DNA of 64,000 bases from Marsupella aquatica (taxonomy: Eukaryota; Plantae; Marchantiophyta). Shown here one piece after another: positions 36,560 to 46,848 of the stretch. Position numbers and translations under genes: made by a program. The first letter of the stretch is position 1, and the number at the start of each line of letters is the position of its first letter. The DNA lies in contig OZ316895.1 of NCBI GenBank assembly GCA_973895155.1, positions 24,371,538 through 24,435,537 of the forward strand, read 5' to 3'. The notes below the pieces were generated by a model that saw only the letters and a program-made list of their open reading frames with translations, was not told the origin of the DNA and did no database searches.

Positions 36560-39040
36560 CAAGGACAACCCGGCCTCTTGCCGTCTGCCCAACTACTGCC
36601 TCACTAGGGCAAGTGCTACACCTCTACCTCACTACTCTGGCTTGATTCCCTCTTCTGGCTATGAGCTAACTTCCCTAAGCAAACAGTAGACTGAGTTCCT
36701 CCCTAACTACTCTGGGGCTCTCCCCCTAATTACCAAAAAATATACCAAAGCACCCCTCATGGGGCCACAACGATGGCGGCTTACCCTAGCGGCGCCGCTA
36801 AACCCTTCACTAAGAAACCCCTAAACTAAAAGCATGCGACACACACATGCTTCTAAAACCCTAAACACTAAACTAACAATGGGGCCGACGGTGCCTTCGA
36901 TGGCGCCCCAACATTACTCCGTGAACCGTGAAATTGCAAGGAACTCCACAATGGCCAAAACCAGATGCCCTCCACGTGCACTTCTGAGTTCACCCCTGGA
37001 TAGCCCTCCTCCTCCTGATCATGAATCACTCAACCGCTCTTGAAATGGACATCGGACGACCAAGTTACGGCCGTTTTGTATCCCGTAAACCCCCTGGGCC
37101 CTCAGTCTTAACTAATACGTGGAGGACGTGCAAACGCTCGAAGGGTAGTTTTTATTCATTTTGAACTAATAATTATAATTATCACTAGTAATAAGAGAAC
37201 TTTTAATGGTAAAATGGAAATAACAAGGGGTAAACACGAAAAGGGCCCGATCGCAGGGGGGTCCACTTCTTTTACATGGAGTGAGGGCCCAGGGCGTAAA
37301 CCCAACTTCGTCGGGCCCTAACTTGCTCATCCTGGCTTCATTTGAGGAGCGTCGCCTCTTGTTGGAATCAGCTCTGCGAGCTCTTTCCAACAAGCCTGTG
37401 AGTGACCCCTCACAAAAAAGTTGGAAAGTCAAGGGGCCGTACAACCACGTCCGTACGACCACTCTAATCCTCCTCCTTTTCACTCACGGTGCCCTCGCTT
37501 GAGCCCCGTGAGTGGGCCCCCTCATCACTCTCCATTGGAGTGAGTGCCACTTCACTCCTCTTCTTCTTCACCGGGGTACTCCTTGTGCTAATGCTCCCCT
37601 GCTTCCTCAAATTGGCCAAGGCCTACCACGCCTTGATGTACCCCTCACCAATGGTGTCCTTCCATAAGGCCGCCTCTTCACCGGACCGCAACTCCAACGA
37701 TAAAACCTGCCCGGTGGCCATGGGAGTCCCAGGGGTGACAGATTGGGGTGGCATTCCCGGGGTCCCCGTGTTGACCTGAGCCTCTCGTAACAATTTACGT
37801 ACCTCCCTGAGCTTCTTCTCTAAGCTCTTGCTCTTCTCTTGACTCTTCTTGGCTGCATCCAACAGGGGTCCATACTTCCCACTGACTTCCTTCACCACCA
37901 TCTCAATGGTCTTGGAGATCAAATCCGGGGAGAGTGTGGAGCTAGGTGTGCAGGGGCTCTTCCGTTTCCCTGGACTCAAGGCCTCACTCCTCTTAGCCCT
38001 TGTCTCAAAGATCACCATTTGACTCCGTAGTACTCCCACCTAGGCCCTTAACTCCACCACTTCTCCAGAATTCTGCTTCTCTTTGGCCAATGCCTGTTTC
38101 AATACTCCAACCTCTTCCGCTTCCTTGGCCTTGGTGGACAAGGCTCCCTTCAAGTTGGAGATCTCTACGTGAGCTGCTTGGAGAAGCTTAACCTTCTCAT
38201 GAATGGCCTCCTCCTTGGCCTTGATCACCTCCTTCATAGACAGGGCACTCTGCTCCAAAGTCTCTACTCTGGCGGTGGCCTGCTTGAGAGAATCTCTCAA
38301 TCCGTGGACTAGCTTGAGTCCCTCATGGACTCCCTCCCGGAAATCCCGTAACTCCGCCAGGTAAACATCAGGAATGTCGTAGACCAGGGGCTCCTCCGGA
38401 TTTCCCACAAGTGTATCAAAAGCCACTCCAATGTGGAGTCCTCGTCTTGGCCATTCATGAGAAGAGAGAGAGACTTGTTGCCAGTCTAGTCTTGCTCCTC
38501 CCCCAGTCTCGCGCCTCCTTTTTCCCGGGTTTTGTTGGTGGGCTCGCGGCCCTATGCAGGGCTCGCTCCCCCCTCGCGGTACCCTCTTCACTCGTAGAGC
38601 CCCATTTAGCGCCCCCGTCCCGGCTGCGCCTCGGCTCGCCGGTTGCCATTTGGCCCCCCTCGTGGAAGGGTATAAGGTGCCTGCCCTGCCCCGGAGTGCT
38701 GCGCCCCGGCAACAGTGCGCCCCATAGCCGGCATCCTTATGGGGTTTAAAATCCCCCCCTTTTACTCCCATTTTCTCCCTGCGCCCATCCTGCGTGCCCC
38801 GGCTGCTCACCTTGGCCGCCCACTCGTGGCTCACCGGCTCGCCTCCTTATGGAGGCTTGCCCTGCAAACGGGGGATTTTAATTTCCCCCCCCAAAGGCTC
38901 CCTTTTATTCCTCTTTTTACAAGGGGGTCTCAACGATAGCTCAAGCAAAACGGTAAGTCCTATGGGGTTGGCCCTAGCGCTTGTTAAGGTCCCAAAATAT
39001 TTGCCCGCTTAGGTCGCCCGCAAATCTTAGAACTGTTACA
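36560..39040 (-). mobile_element. LTR-like unit (Gypsy-type solo LTR?) containing a decayed coiled-coil ORF (38834-37623)
   Basis: Minus strand begins TGTAACAG at 39040; GC-rich; ORFs 38040-38834 and 37623-38039 are in frame across one TAG; TTTAGGGTTT motifs near the other end; left boundary and TSD not found. Confidence 0.45.
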
Positions 39041-39894
39041 AGAGAAAGAATATAAAGTCACCCGGGGCACCATCAACCTATAATGGCGGAATTAACTAAA
39101 AAAATTTAAAAACGGCTTATTTACAGTGGCTATTAACAAGGCACACCCTTCTGCAACCCATTATTCATGATTTTGAGTGATAGGGACCCCGTCACAGACC
39201 AGCCCGAGTATCTTATACCATTTGTTGAAGATCGCTCTTACGGATAAGACAATGCGTGATCAACCTTAAGCAATGGCGGAGTTTAGGGTCGAGTGGATTA
39301 GGTAGCGCACTCAACAAAGTTGGGCGGCGCACTTTAGGGCAGCCTTGCATTTAGGGTTTGCCTCGCACGGCTACATGTATGTCTTGCCTCCCACGTACGT
39401 TTCACTCTGCCTTGCCTTGCCTTGCCTTGCCTTGGGGGGGGGTAAAGGAGGCAAGATGTCCCACTTGGGCCTCATTCTTCTTCCCTCCTCCGCTCGCTCT
39501 CCTCCCTCCTCCGTCCGCTCAGGCTCCTCTTCTCCACTCCTGCTCTCTTGCGCTCCTTTGCTCCTTTGCTCCTCCGCCCCATTTGCTTCCAATCTCCCAA
39601 GGACCCACTCGTTCACTCCTTTGCTCCTCCGCCTCCGCACTAAAGTTTTTCCCCGTAGCCGCCATGTTAATTGCCCTATATCTAACGCTGTGTGATCCTC
39701 CACATGTCCATAAAGCCACGTGTCACAAGATGGATCCATCTAGACCTATTCAAGTGTGTCTGGTCTGTGAGCCAACAAAGGAGACAGACCTCTCATCCAT
39801 TGAGGACGTGGTAGAGACGGCCCTCAAGGATTCCAGAGCCTTTCAATCGCTCAATCCAAGTGAGTATCTCAGTGACAAGTTTAATATTTGTGTG

Positions 39895-40350
39895 GTGGAC
39901 AAAGATGATCCCTGTCCAAGTAGAGTCCAAATAGAAGATAGTGATCTTTATTAGGAATTGGACAGAGATTATCTCTATCAAAATGGATAGAGATCATCCC
40001 TGTCCAATTGGATAGATATCATCTATTTCCAAAATGACGATAGAGGATGTCCAATGAGAGGATCCGAACTGTCCTATCAGATGATGCTAAGGACCTTTAT
40101 TAGGAATTGGATAGAGATGATCCCTATCCAAGTAGAGGATAGAGATGATCCCTGTCCAATTCCTAATAAATGATGTCAGTATCCTCTGATCGAACAAAGA
40201 TGATCTTTATTACAAATTGGATAGAGATGATCCCTATCCAAGTAGAGGATAGAGATGATCCCTATCTAATTCCAAATAAACATTGTATGTATCCTTTGAT
40301 CAAACAAAGATGATCTTTATTACAAATTGGATAGAGATCATCTTTGTCCA
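39895..40350. repeat. intronic array of the palindromic GGATAGAGATGATCCCTATCC motif, ~110-bp higher-order period
   Basis: Repeated TTGGATAGAGATGATCCCTATCCAA; same motif family as 34745-35715. Confidence 0.85.
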
Positions 40351-41708
40351 AACTGTGAGACAACCTCATCTTTGTCGATTAGAAAAGTAAGATTTCCAAA
40401 CTAATATGCATGGATGGGACTATTGCAAGGAGCGATCTGAATGCATTGAAACCAGCAATTTCAGATGCAGATTGCTCTAAGGGGGTCTTGTTGGAGCATA
40501 GCAGAGAAGAATTTCGTTGGGGCCTTGAGTTCTCTAGAGTTGATTTTGATTTCCTTAGACGTCAATGAGACAGGATCCCATTTTGTGCATAAAGGTCAGA
40601 ACCGCAGATCAAGAGACTCTTGTACTCGGACCTGTAGTCTTCATTGGAATTGAAGGAAGAGGGTTTGTTTTTGCATTCTCGAGCTCCATGAAAGGATAGA
40701 AAGGGGTATTCTTCAGAGTTCAATGTTGAGTGGTCTGCAGCTGGAGAACTTGGCGTGATGGCAATGGGCTTTTTCCCTAAGTCATATTCAACTCAAAAGG
40801 CGATTGGTGGAGTGAAGGGGATTCATCCACTTAACATCATGTATGGGTTTCAATATGTGAAGCTGAATATCCATAAACACCAACAGAATTATACATTTCC
40901 GGTGATATGGATTTTAAATAATTTGCTTGACAAGGCAGGACTCCTATCTTTGGAATCAGGTGTTCTCCTTGACAAGCAAATTGCATTTGCGGAGGAGTTT
41001 GCAATGGATAATGAAAAAAAGTGGGTAGAATCATTACCCAGCCTACACCTACAAATGTTGCACCAATAGTGGTAAACAATCCTCCAGTAGTTGTTAACAA
41101 AGAAATTCCGAAGCCTAGAAAAATATCTCAGGAGACAACAACAGGGACTACAAGAACAACAGTCAGGACAGCCACCAAACAAGTGGTAGAGAAGCGAACA
41201 CAAAGAGAGAGGAAAGAGCGCGAGAGACCTGAGACATTGTCGAAAGAACCCGAGAAGAAGCCAGTAGGGAAGAAACAGAAAACTGATGAGAAGGAAATGA
41301 TGTTCTCCAGAGAATACCTTAGCAGTACTATACTTTTGGAATAAATGAACCATTTTCTATTCCAGTGGAGAAAATTTATCCTGCTCTGACAAGATTATGT
41401 TACAGGATGCGCAATAGTGCCCATGTGAAGCACATTGCCAAATCCATGGTGAAAAACCCTGGACATGAACCTCACGTTGCGGACTTGCCGGGGGACTTGC
41501 TTCCTTACAATCCGAAGCTTAGAAAACAGCTCCATTTTGATAGCACGAAGAGCAACCGCAAAGACTTTCTTGTAGGAGTGAAGAAAGGAGAGATTGTTTT
41601 CCTTGCCATCAGTGGGCAACATTCTGCTAGGGCGGCCAAATGGGTTCTCAAGTGGGCCAAAACTGATGTCAAGCTGATAGTTTTGGCAAAAAAGTTAAAA
41701 TATAGGAA

Positions 41709-42346
41709 GGCCTCATTCACAATTGGAGGACCCAAAAGGAACGTCACACTCAGAAGTGACCATAGTTTATTATGCTTTAGGACATCATTTGTAAGGTGTA
41801 ATGAGATGATATGCAAAATTTGATGTACTATACTTAATAAACATCCTATAGGTTGGTAACATTAATTAAACTATCTAGCATTTGAGACTTTGAAGCTTTC
41901 CTTATATGTCCTTCAAAGATCGATAAAAGGACTTGTCACGCAACGAGTCACATCATTTCAGGACTCGAAAGGACTCTAAAACTTGCATTTTAGACAATGA
42001 AATTTTACCAAGGCATGCATACTAATAGAATAATCTTATATTTTAAAACTCAAATATTGACACACACTAAACCTTTATGTACAGGACAAAAATAATCAGT
42101 AATTTTGGCTTATTTAGGGCCATCAATAATAGGATCCCTTAAAAAAGTTAAAAACTTGATTTATCTACATGGTGAGGTAGGTTACACCATGTAAAATAGT
42201 CTTGTGAAAAAATTAGACTTAAATGTCTTGAGATAAAATCATGATGAAGCTTTTTCCATGTTACAAAAGTCATTTTTCACTAAAAAAGCATGTTTTTGAG
42301 TCCTGAAAGTGGTTCCTGTGAGGTACACCCAATTGTGAATGAGGCC
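41709..42346. mobile_element. 638-bp non-autonomous DNA transposon, 18-bp perfect TIR, 4-bp TSD GGAA
   Basis: GGCCTCATTCACAATTGG (41709-41726) / CCAATTGTGAATGAGGCC (42329-42346); GGAA at 41705-41708 and 42347-42350; excision restores KYRKSRLLSD. Confidence 0.92.
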
Positions 42347-42453
42347 GGAAGTCTAGATTATTGTCAGACCTTACACCATCGACTATACTGGTTGAGCACT
42401 CAATGAGATCAAATGTCATCAATTCGACGATGGTGTTTCAATCGTGCTTCAAA

Positions 42454-43118
42454 CCCTGGGCCCCCAACATTATTAATAATGGGCTGGACGTGCGAACGGA
42501 TGAAGGGTGCAAAAAATCTGATTTGAGATTAATTTTTATAATTGGCTTAGAAATATCAAGGGATGGTTTTATTCAAAGAACCTTTTCTAACTAATATAGG
42601 CTTATATAAATGTCACCCAAGTTAATATGCTTCAAGAGGTGATGTAATATGGATGTGACACGCGTCACAATAGGATTGGTCCTTGTGGTCACCCTTTATT
42701 GGAACATGTGTATATGACATATAATTATGCTTGCAACATCTATGATTCAGAGTAGTTTAGGACTTTGGAGCTTTTGAACCCTGACTACCCTGCCATGTGG
42801 TTCAAAAATGCCCCAAAGTTGAAGTTTGGGGTTAAAGGGTCACGAACACAAAAATGTATGTACCCAAAACCCTTCTAAAACACTCCCATCAGTTTTAGAA
42901 CCGTTTGCACATGATAAATTTATAACTTTTCAAGGCTTTCATAAATGGTGTAAAATGTGAAATTATAATATCTCAAAGGGGCAGATTTATTCTCCAAAAT
43001 TAAGTTTTTAAGAATAACAAGAGAAATTTTTATAGGCTTCCAAAAATAATAAGGGGTACTAGGGAGGGGGGTGTACGCACGTATACCTCTTTAGTTTACA
43101 AAGGCTGGGGGCCCAGGG
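42454..43118. mobile_element. 665-bp non-autonomous DNA transposon, 13-bp TIR, 8-bp TSD GCTTCAAA
   Basis: CCCTGGGCCCCCA / TGGGGGCCCAGGG; GCTTCAAA at 42446-42453 and 43119-43126; excision restores SCFKDTIVHARKQF. Confidence 0.92.
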
Positions 43119-43244
43119 GCTTCAAAGATACAATTGTTCATGCAAGGAAACAATTCCTTGAATGTGGAAGACCAAGAAATCCAAAGCAAGGGGACAACCA
43201 ATCAAACGCCCAAGACAATCAGAAATTTCAGGTGAGTTCTTGTT

Positions 43245-43428
43245 TGGACAGAGATGGTCTCTGTCCAAGAGGTTGACCGTCGGTTACATTGATTTTAGTT
43301 CAATATATATTTTGGGTTATGACTTGGATGGAGATGGTCTCTGTCCAAGAGTGAGACCGTCCATTCTATAGATTTTACTTCATTCTACTTTTGGTTATGG
43401 CTTGGATGGAGATGGTCTCTGTCCAAGC
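43245..43428. repeat. three intronic copies of the palindrome TGGA(CA/TG)GAGATGGTCTCTGTCCA, ~80-bp period
   Basis: The first copy is a perfect 10-3-10 palindrome; lies in the intron starting at 43232. Confidence 0.85.
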
Positions 43429-45936
43429 AAGCGATTGTGTGTTGTCAAATCTCATTGATTGTAGAAAACTTACAACATTCTCCCCTAATTTTAGACTGTA
43501 GGATTATTTGGCATTGGCAAGGATGACCATGGGGAGAAAAGACTTGAAAAATGTATGTACTGGTTACTTTTTGCCAAGAATGATCTTTTCAACTTATGGC
43601 GGTTAGTGTGCCAGATGTGGATTGATGCATGGAAAACTTCCTGATGGAGCTGGTACATAGGGAAACAAAAGGTCCGAAAAGGCAATAACAGTCGCAATGT
43701 TTCATTGTTTTGATGGTGAAATCTCAAATAGAGATTTGACCAGAATTTTGAACAAGGTGAAGTTGGGTCAGGTTTTATTGAAGAAGGATCCGACTAATAA
43801 GTCAGATGTTCCAGCGATGGAGGAGTTTGCAAAGGAGGTGAAGATATTGATCAAACTGAAGTCTCTTATTGGAGATTACTACTTCAAGAAGGATCCAAAA
43901 CACTTCCCAATAGATATTGATTGGGTTAAAGTAATTGAAGTCCTCCCATTATTGGGTCCGGAGTCGAAGTTGAACAGGTGCCAAAGAGCAACTGGTGAAG
44001 TATGGTTGACAAATTTATTAAAATCTAATCATACAAAGCAGAGTGATGCCAATGACATTGGTGATGCGTCTAGATGATATTTACTGTCAAAAGTTTGGCG
44101 GTGGGACAAGTTCTCGGACCCAACCGTGGATCACATTTTTTAAGACTGTGGATCCGGAGTCGTTGGAAGAACAATCTCCAACATGCCCTCTTGCAATTGT
44201 TGATTTCAGCCGACTTAGCAGAAGGAGTGGACTAAAGCAAAGATTTTGGTCCTCTTCCAGTATATAGTAGAGCTACCTCGGAATCCTACCATCGTTGTGA
44301 TGATAACTGTCCATCCGGGTTATCTTGTACTGAATGTCCTAAGCGCTCTTTGTAAATTAGGACATTAAAAAACTCTAAGTATTCACATTGAGTATGGGAG
44401 TTGTTACCGAGATGATCAACCTCACCCTCACGACTCATGTTGGAAGGGAGGAATAGAAGATCTAAGAAATATGATGACCCCAAAAGAGGCGGCAATACTT
44501 CTGCACATGGCACCTCAATTTGAGACTGTCGGCGCTCCGGGTGGGTGGGTGAATCCTCACGCCAAACCCACATGGATGATCCAAAAGATCATCCAAACAC
44601 TGTCCGAGCCGGGGGATTTGATTCTTGACTTTTTCTTTGGCAGTCAAGTGATGAAGGCATCCCTTTTTTCTCAATGTGAATGTTTTGTTTATTGTGACTC
44701 TCAACATTAGAGACATTTTGTGGAAGCATACGCTTCGTTCCTTTGTGAGAGGGTTCCCACCATCAAAGATCGTTATGATCGCTAGCTATGTCAGTGGAAG
44801 TTCTAGACATTGGGAACCCTCTTCTGCCGCTGTTGCTATTCAGGATGAATTAGATGGTGATCAAGAAGATGGAGCTGACCAATCAGTCAAAGACGATGGG
44901 CCATCGGAGGGGGCATACGTGAAGAATTTGGATGACCAAGTTGGCGAGGGTGAAAATATTGACCTTGTGGAAGACAATATGATTGTTGGATCTGCACCTT
45001 GCAGTTCACCAGTTATAGATGTTGCCCCCATGGGCCCCAACGAGGGCCAGTATGATGATAACTTGGATAGAGATGGTCTCCATCCACAAGTGCCTAGACA
45101 AGAGATGGAAGTTGATACGTTTGAAAAGCTTTCTTCAAACAACCTTCTCAATCAAGGTGCGGAGAGGCATGGTGAGTCCAATGAACTTGACACATTGGGA
45201 TTGAGACCACAGCCCATCCAAGTAGCTGACATTCCCGTGAATGAAGCAAGTGCATCCACGACTGCTGACAACCAGGCAGGTGCTTCAATTTGTCCCGATA
45301 CACTCTTTTCCGCTTCTGATGGCAAATTGGTGTTTGTTCGATCACAATCAAGAAGTCCCGTTATCCTTCCACTCTCAAAAAAGAAAGGGAAGAGAGTAGG
45401 ATCAACTGGATATAAGTCACTTGAATATGATCGTCGATGTTACGTGTGGAAAAGTGGACCCGATGTAGGAACTGAAGTTCCGTTGGATGCTGCTCAATCA
45501 ATTTTGAACAATGACTTGTACAAAAAGCACAAGAAAGATCCAACTTATAGAAGTGGAGAATTGGGATTGATAACTCCGGTTTGGTCTGCACCTTATTGGG
45601 TAGAGGGTACCTCCAATGTCAATTATGAGATCTAACAAGAGCTCGGTGATGATATCTTGATCGATGAATATGGATCTCATTGTTAGCCAAGGGCTAAGAT
45701 TGAGCCATGTGACCTTAGTTATCAATTTGATATAATGTAGTATAATTATACTTCAAGCCTAACAATTAGAGCATAAGTATCAATATCAATCTCCTCTTTA
45801 CGGTTTCTCAATGAATACGATTAGTATGCATATTTTCTTTGTGGTTGGCCTCTTGTGTTTTTGAATTGAGACGATCTCTATCCAAACTTCAAATGTGTTT
45901 TTTTTTCTCTAAGATTGGTATTTGTTGCACTTGCAG

Positions 45937-46848
45937 AACCAAGACCTTGTTCCATCAAGCGCAAATTGCTGATTTTGGATCTTAACAAAATACTTTGGGA
46001 TTCGGTTGAATTCCAAAGCAAGGGCAAATCCAGAAATGTTGTGACCCCAAGTGGAGTTCATTGGGATAGAAAAAATGGAATTAGTCGCATGTATACAGAA
46101 AGGCCAGGGCTCCATGAGTTTTTAAAGTTGGTTTTTGACCAATTTGACGTTGCAATTTGGACATGTGTTGGGGTACAACGAACAGTGAAAATGTTGAACA
46201 TGATGTTCACTACTGAGGAGCGGCTTAAACTTAAGTTTGTATTCACACAGGTGGAAGCCTTTGACACAAGCATTCAAAGGCGTGACATTACAAACGGAAA
46301 GGCAAATGTGCTACTGAAGGATTTTCGGGTGGTATGGAGTGGGTTTGGAAATCTATATGATAAAACCAACACCCTCCTTGTGGATGACTCCGCCTAGCCT
46401 TAAGGCATTTGCCAATCCAAGCATGACTGGACTATTTTCAATGCCCTACACGCATGCCAATCGTGGATATAATTTTCTTCTAACAATTCTTTGGCCTTGT
46501 CTTGAGAAACTAGCACATGCAAGTGACATTAGATGTTATCTTCTTCTGAACTCTCCAATGTGGTCTCTATTGCACATAAAGAGAGAGAAGGTAAAAAATG
46601 AAATTACTTATGATCAACTTAGTAAGAGATGTGCAACAAAAATTGCGTTTACGCATAGTGTGTTGGACCTCAATAGCAATGAGATTCCTTGGAACGTGAA
46701 GCACCGTATATGTAGTTTACGTCCTGAGGCAGAACTTGACAATGCACTTGTCACCTCACTTGCTAAAGCATTTGTAGGAAGGGACTATTCAGGTCCGTAT
46801 AGAGAAAATCCCAAACATTTTTTACGGGAGATTATAGCCATTATTTAG
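45937..46848 (+). pseudogene. FCP1/NIF-family HAD phosphatase-like ORF with one frameshift near 46395
   Basis: RKLLILDLNKIL, RPGLHEFLKLVFDQFDVAIWT, LLKDFRVVW, NTLLVDDS then, in the shifted frame, KAFANP. Confidence 0.8.

Larger units (their letters stand above)
39730..45635 (+). pseudogene. spliced gene for a ParB-like domain plus N4/N6 DNA methyltransferase-like domain plus acidic tail, disrupted by two MITEs, stops and frameshifts
   Basis: ParB-like PVEKIYP...VKHIAKSM...VFLAISGQHSARA (41365-41640); MTase-like NPHAKPTWMIQKIIQTLSEPGDLILDFFFGS (44552-44644); GTGAG donors at 39860 and 43232; the reading frame is restored when both MITEs are removed. Confidence 0.65.

Noticed and set aside
39345-39739. 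ORFs over the CT-rich and (CTTGC)n tract
   Set aside because: Low-complexity leader/promoter-like sequence upstream of the likely ATG at 39730
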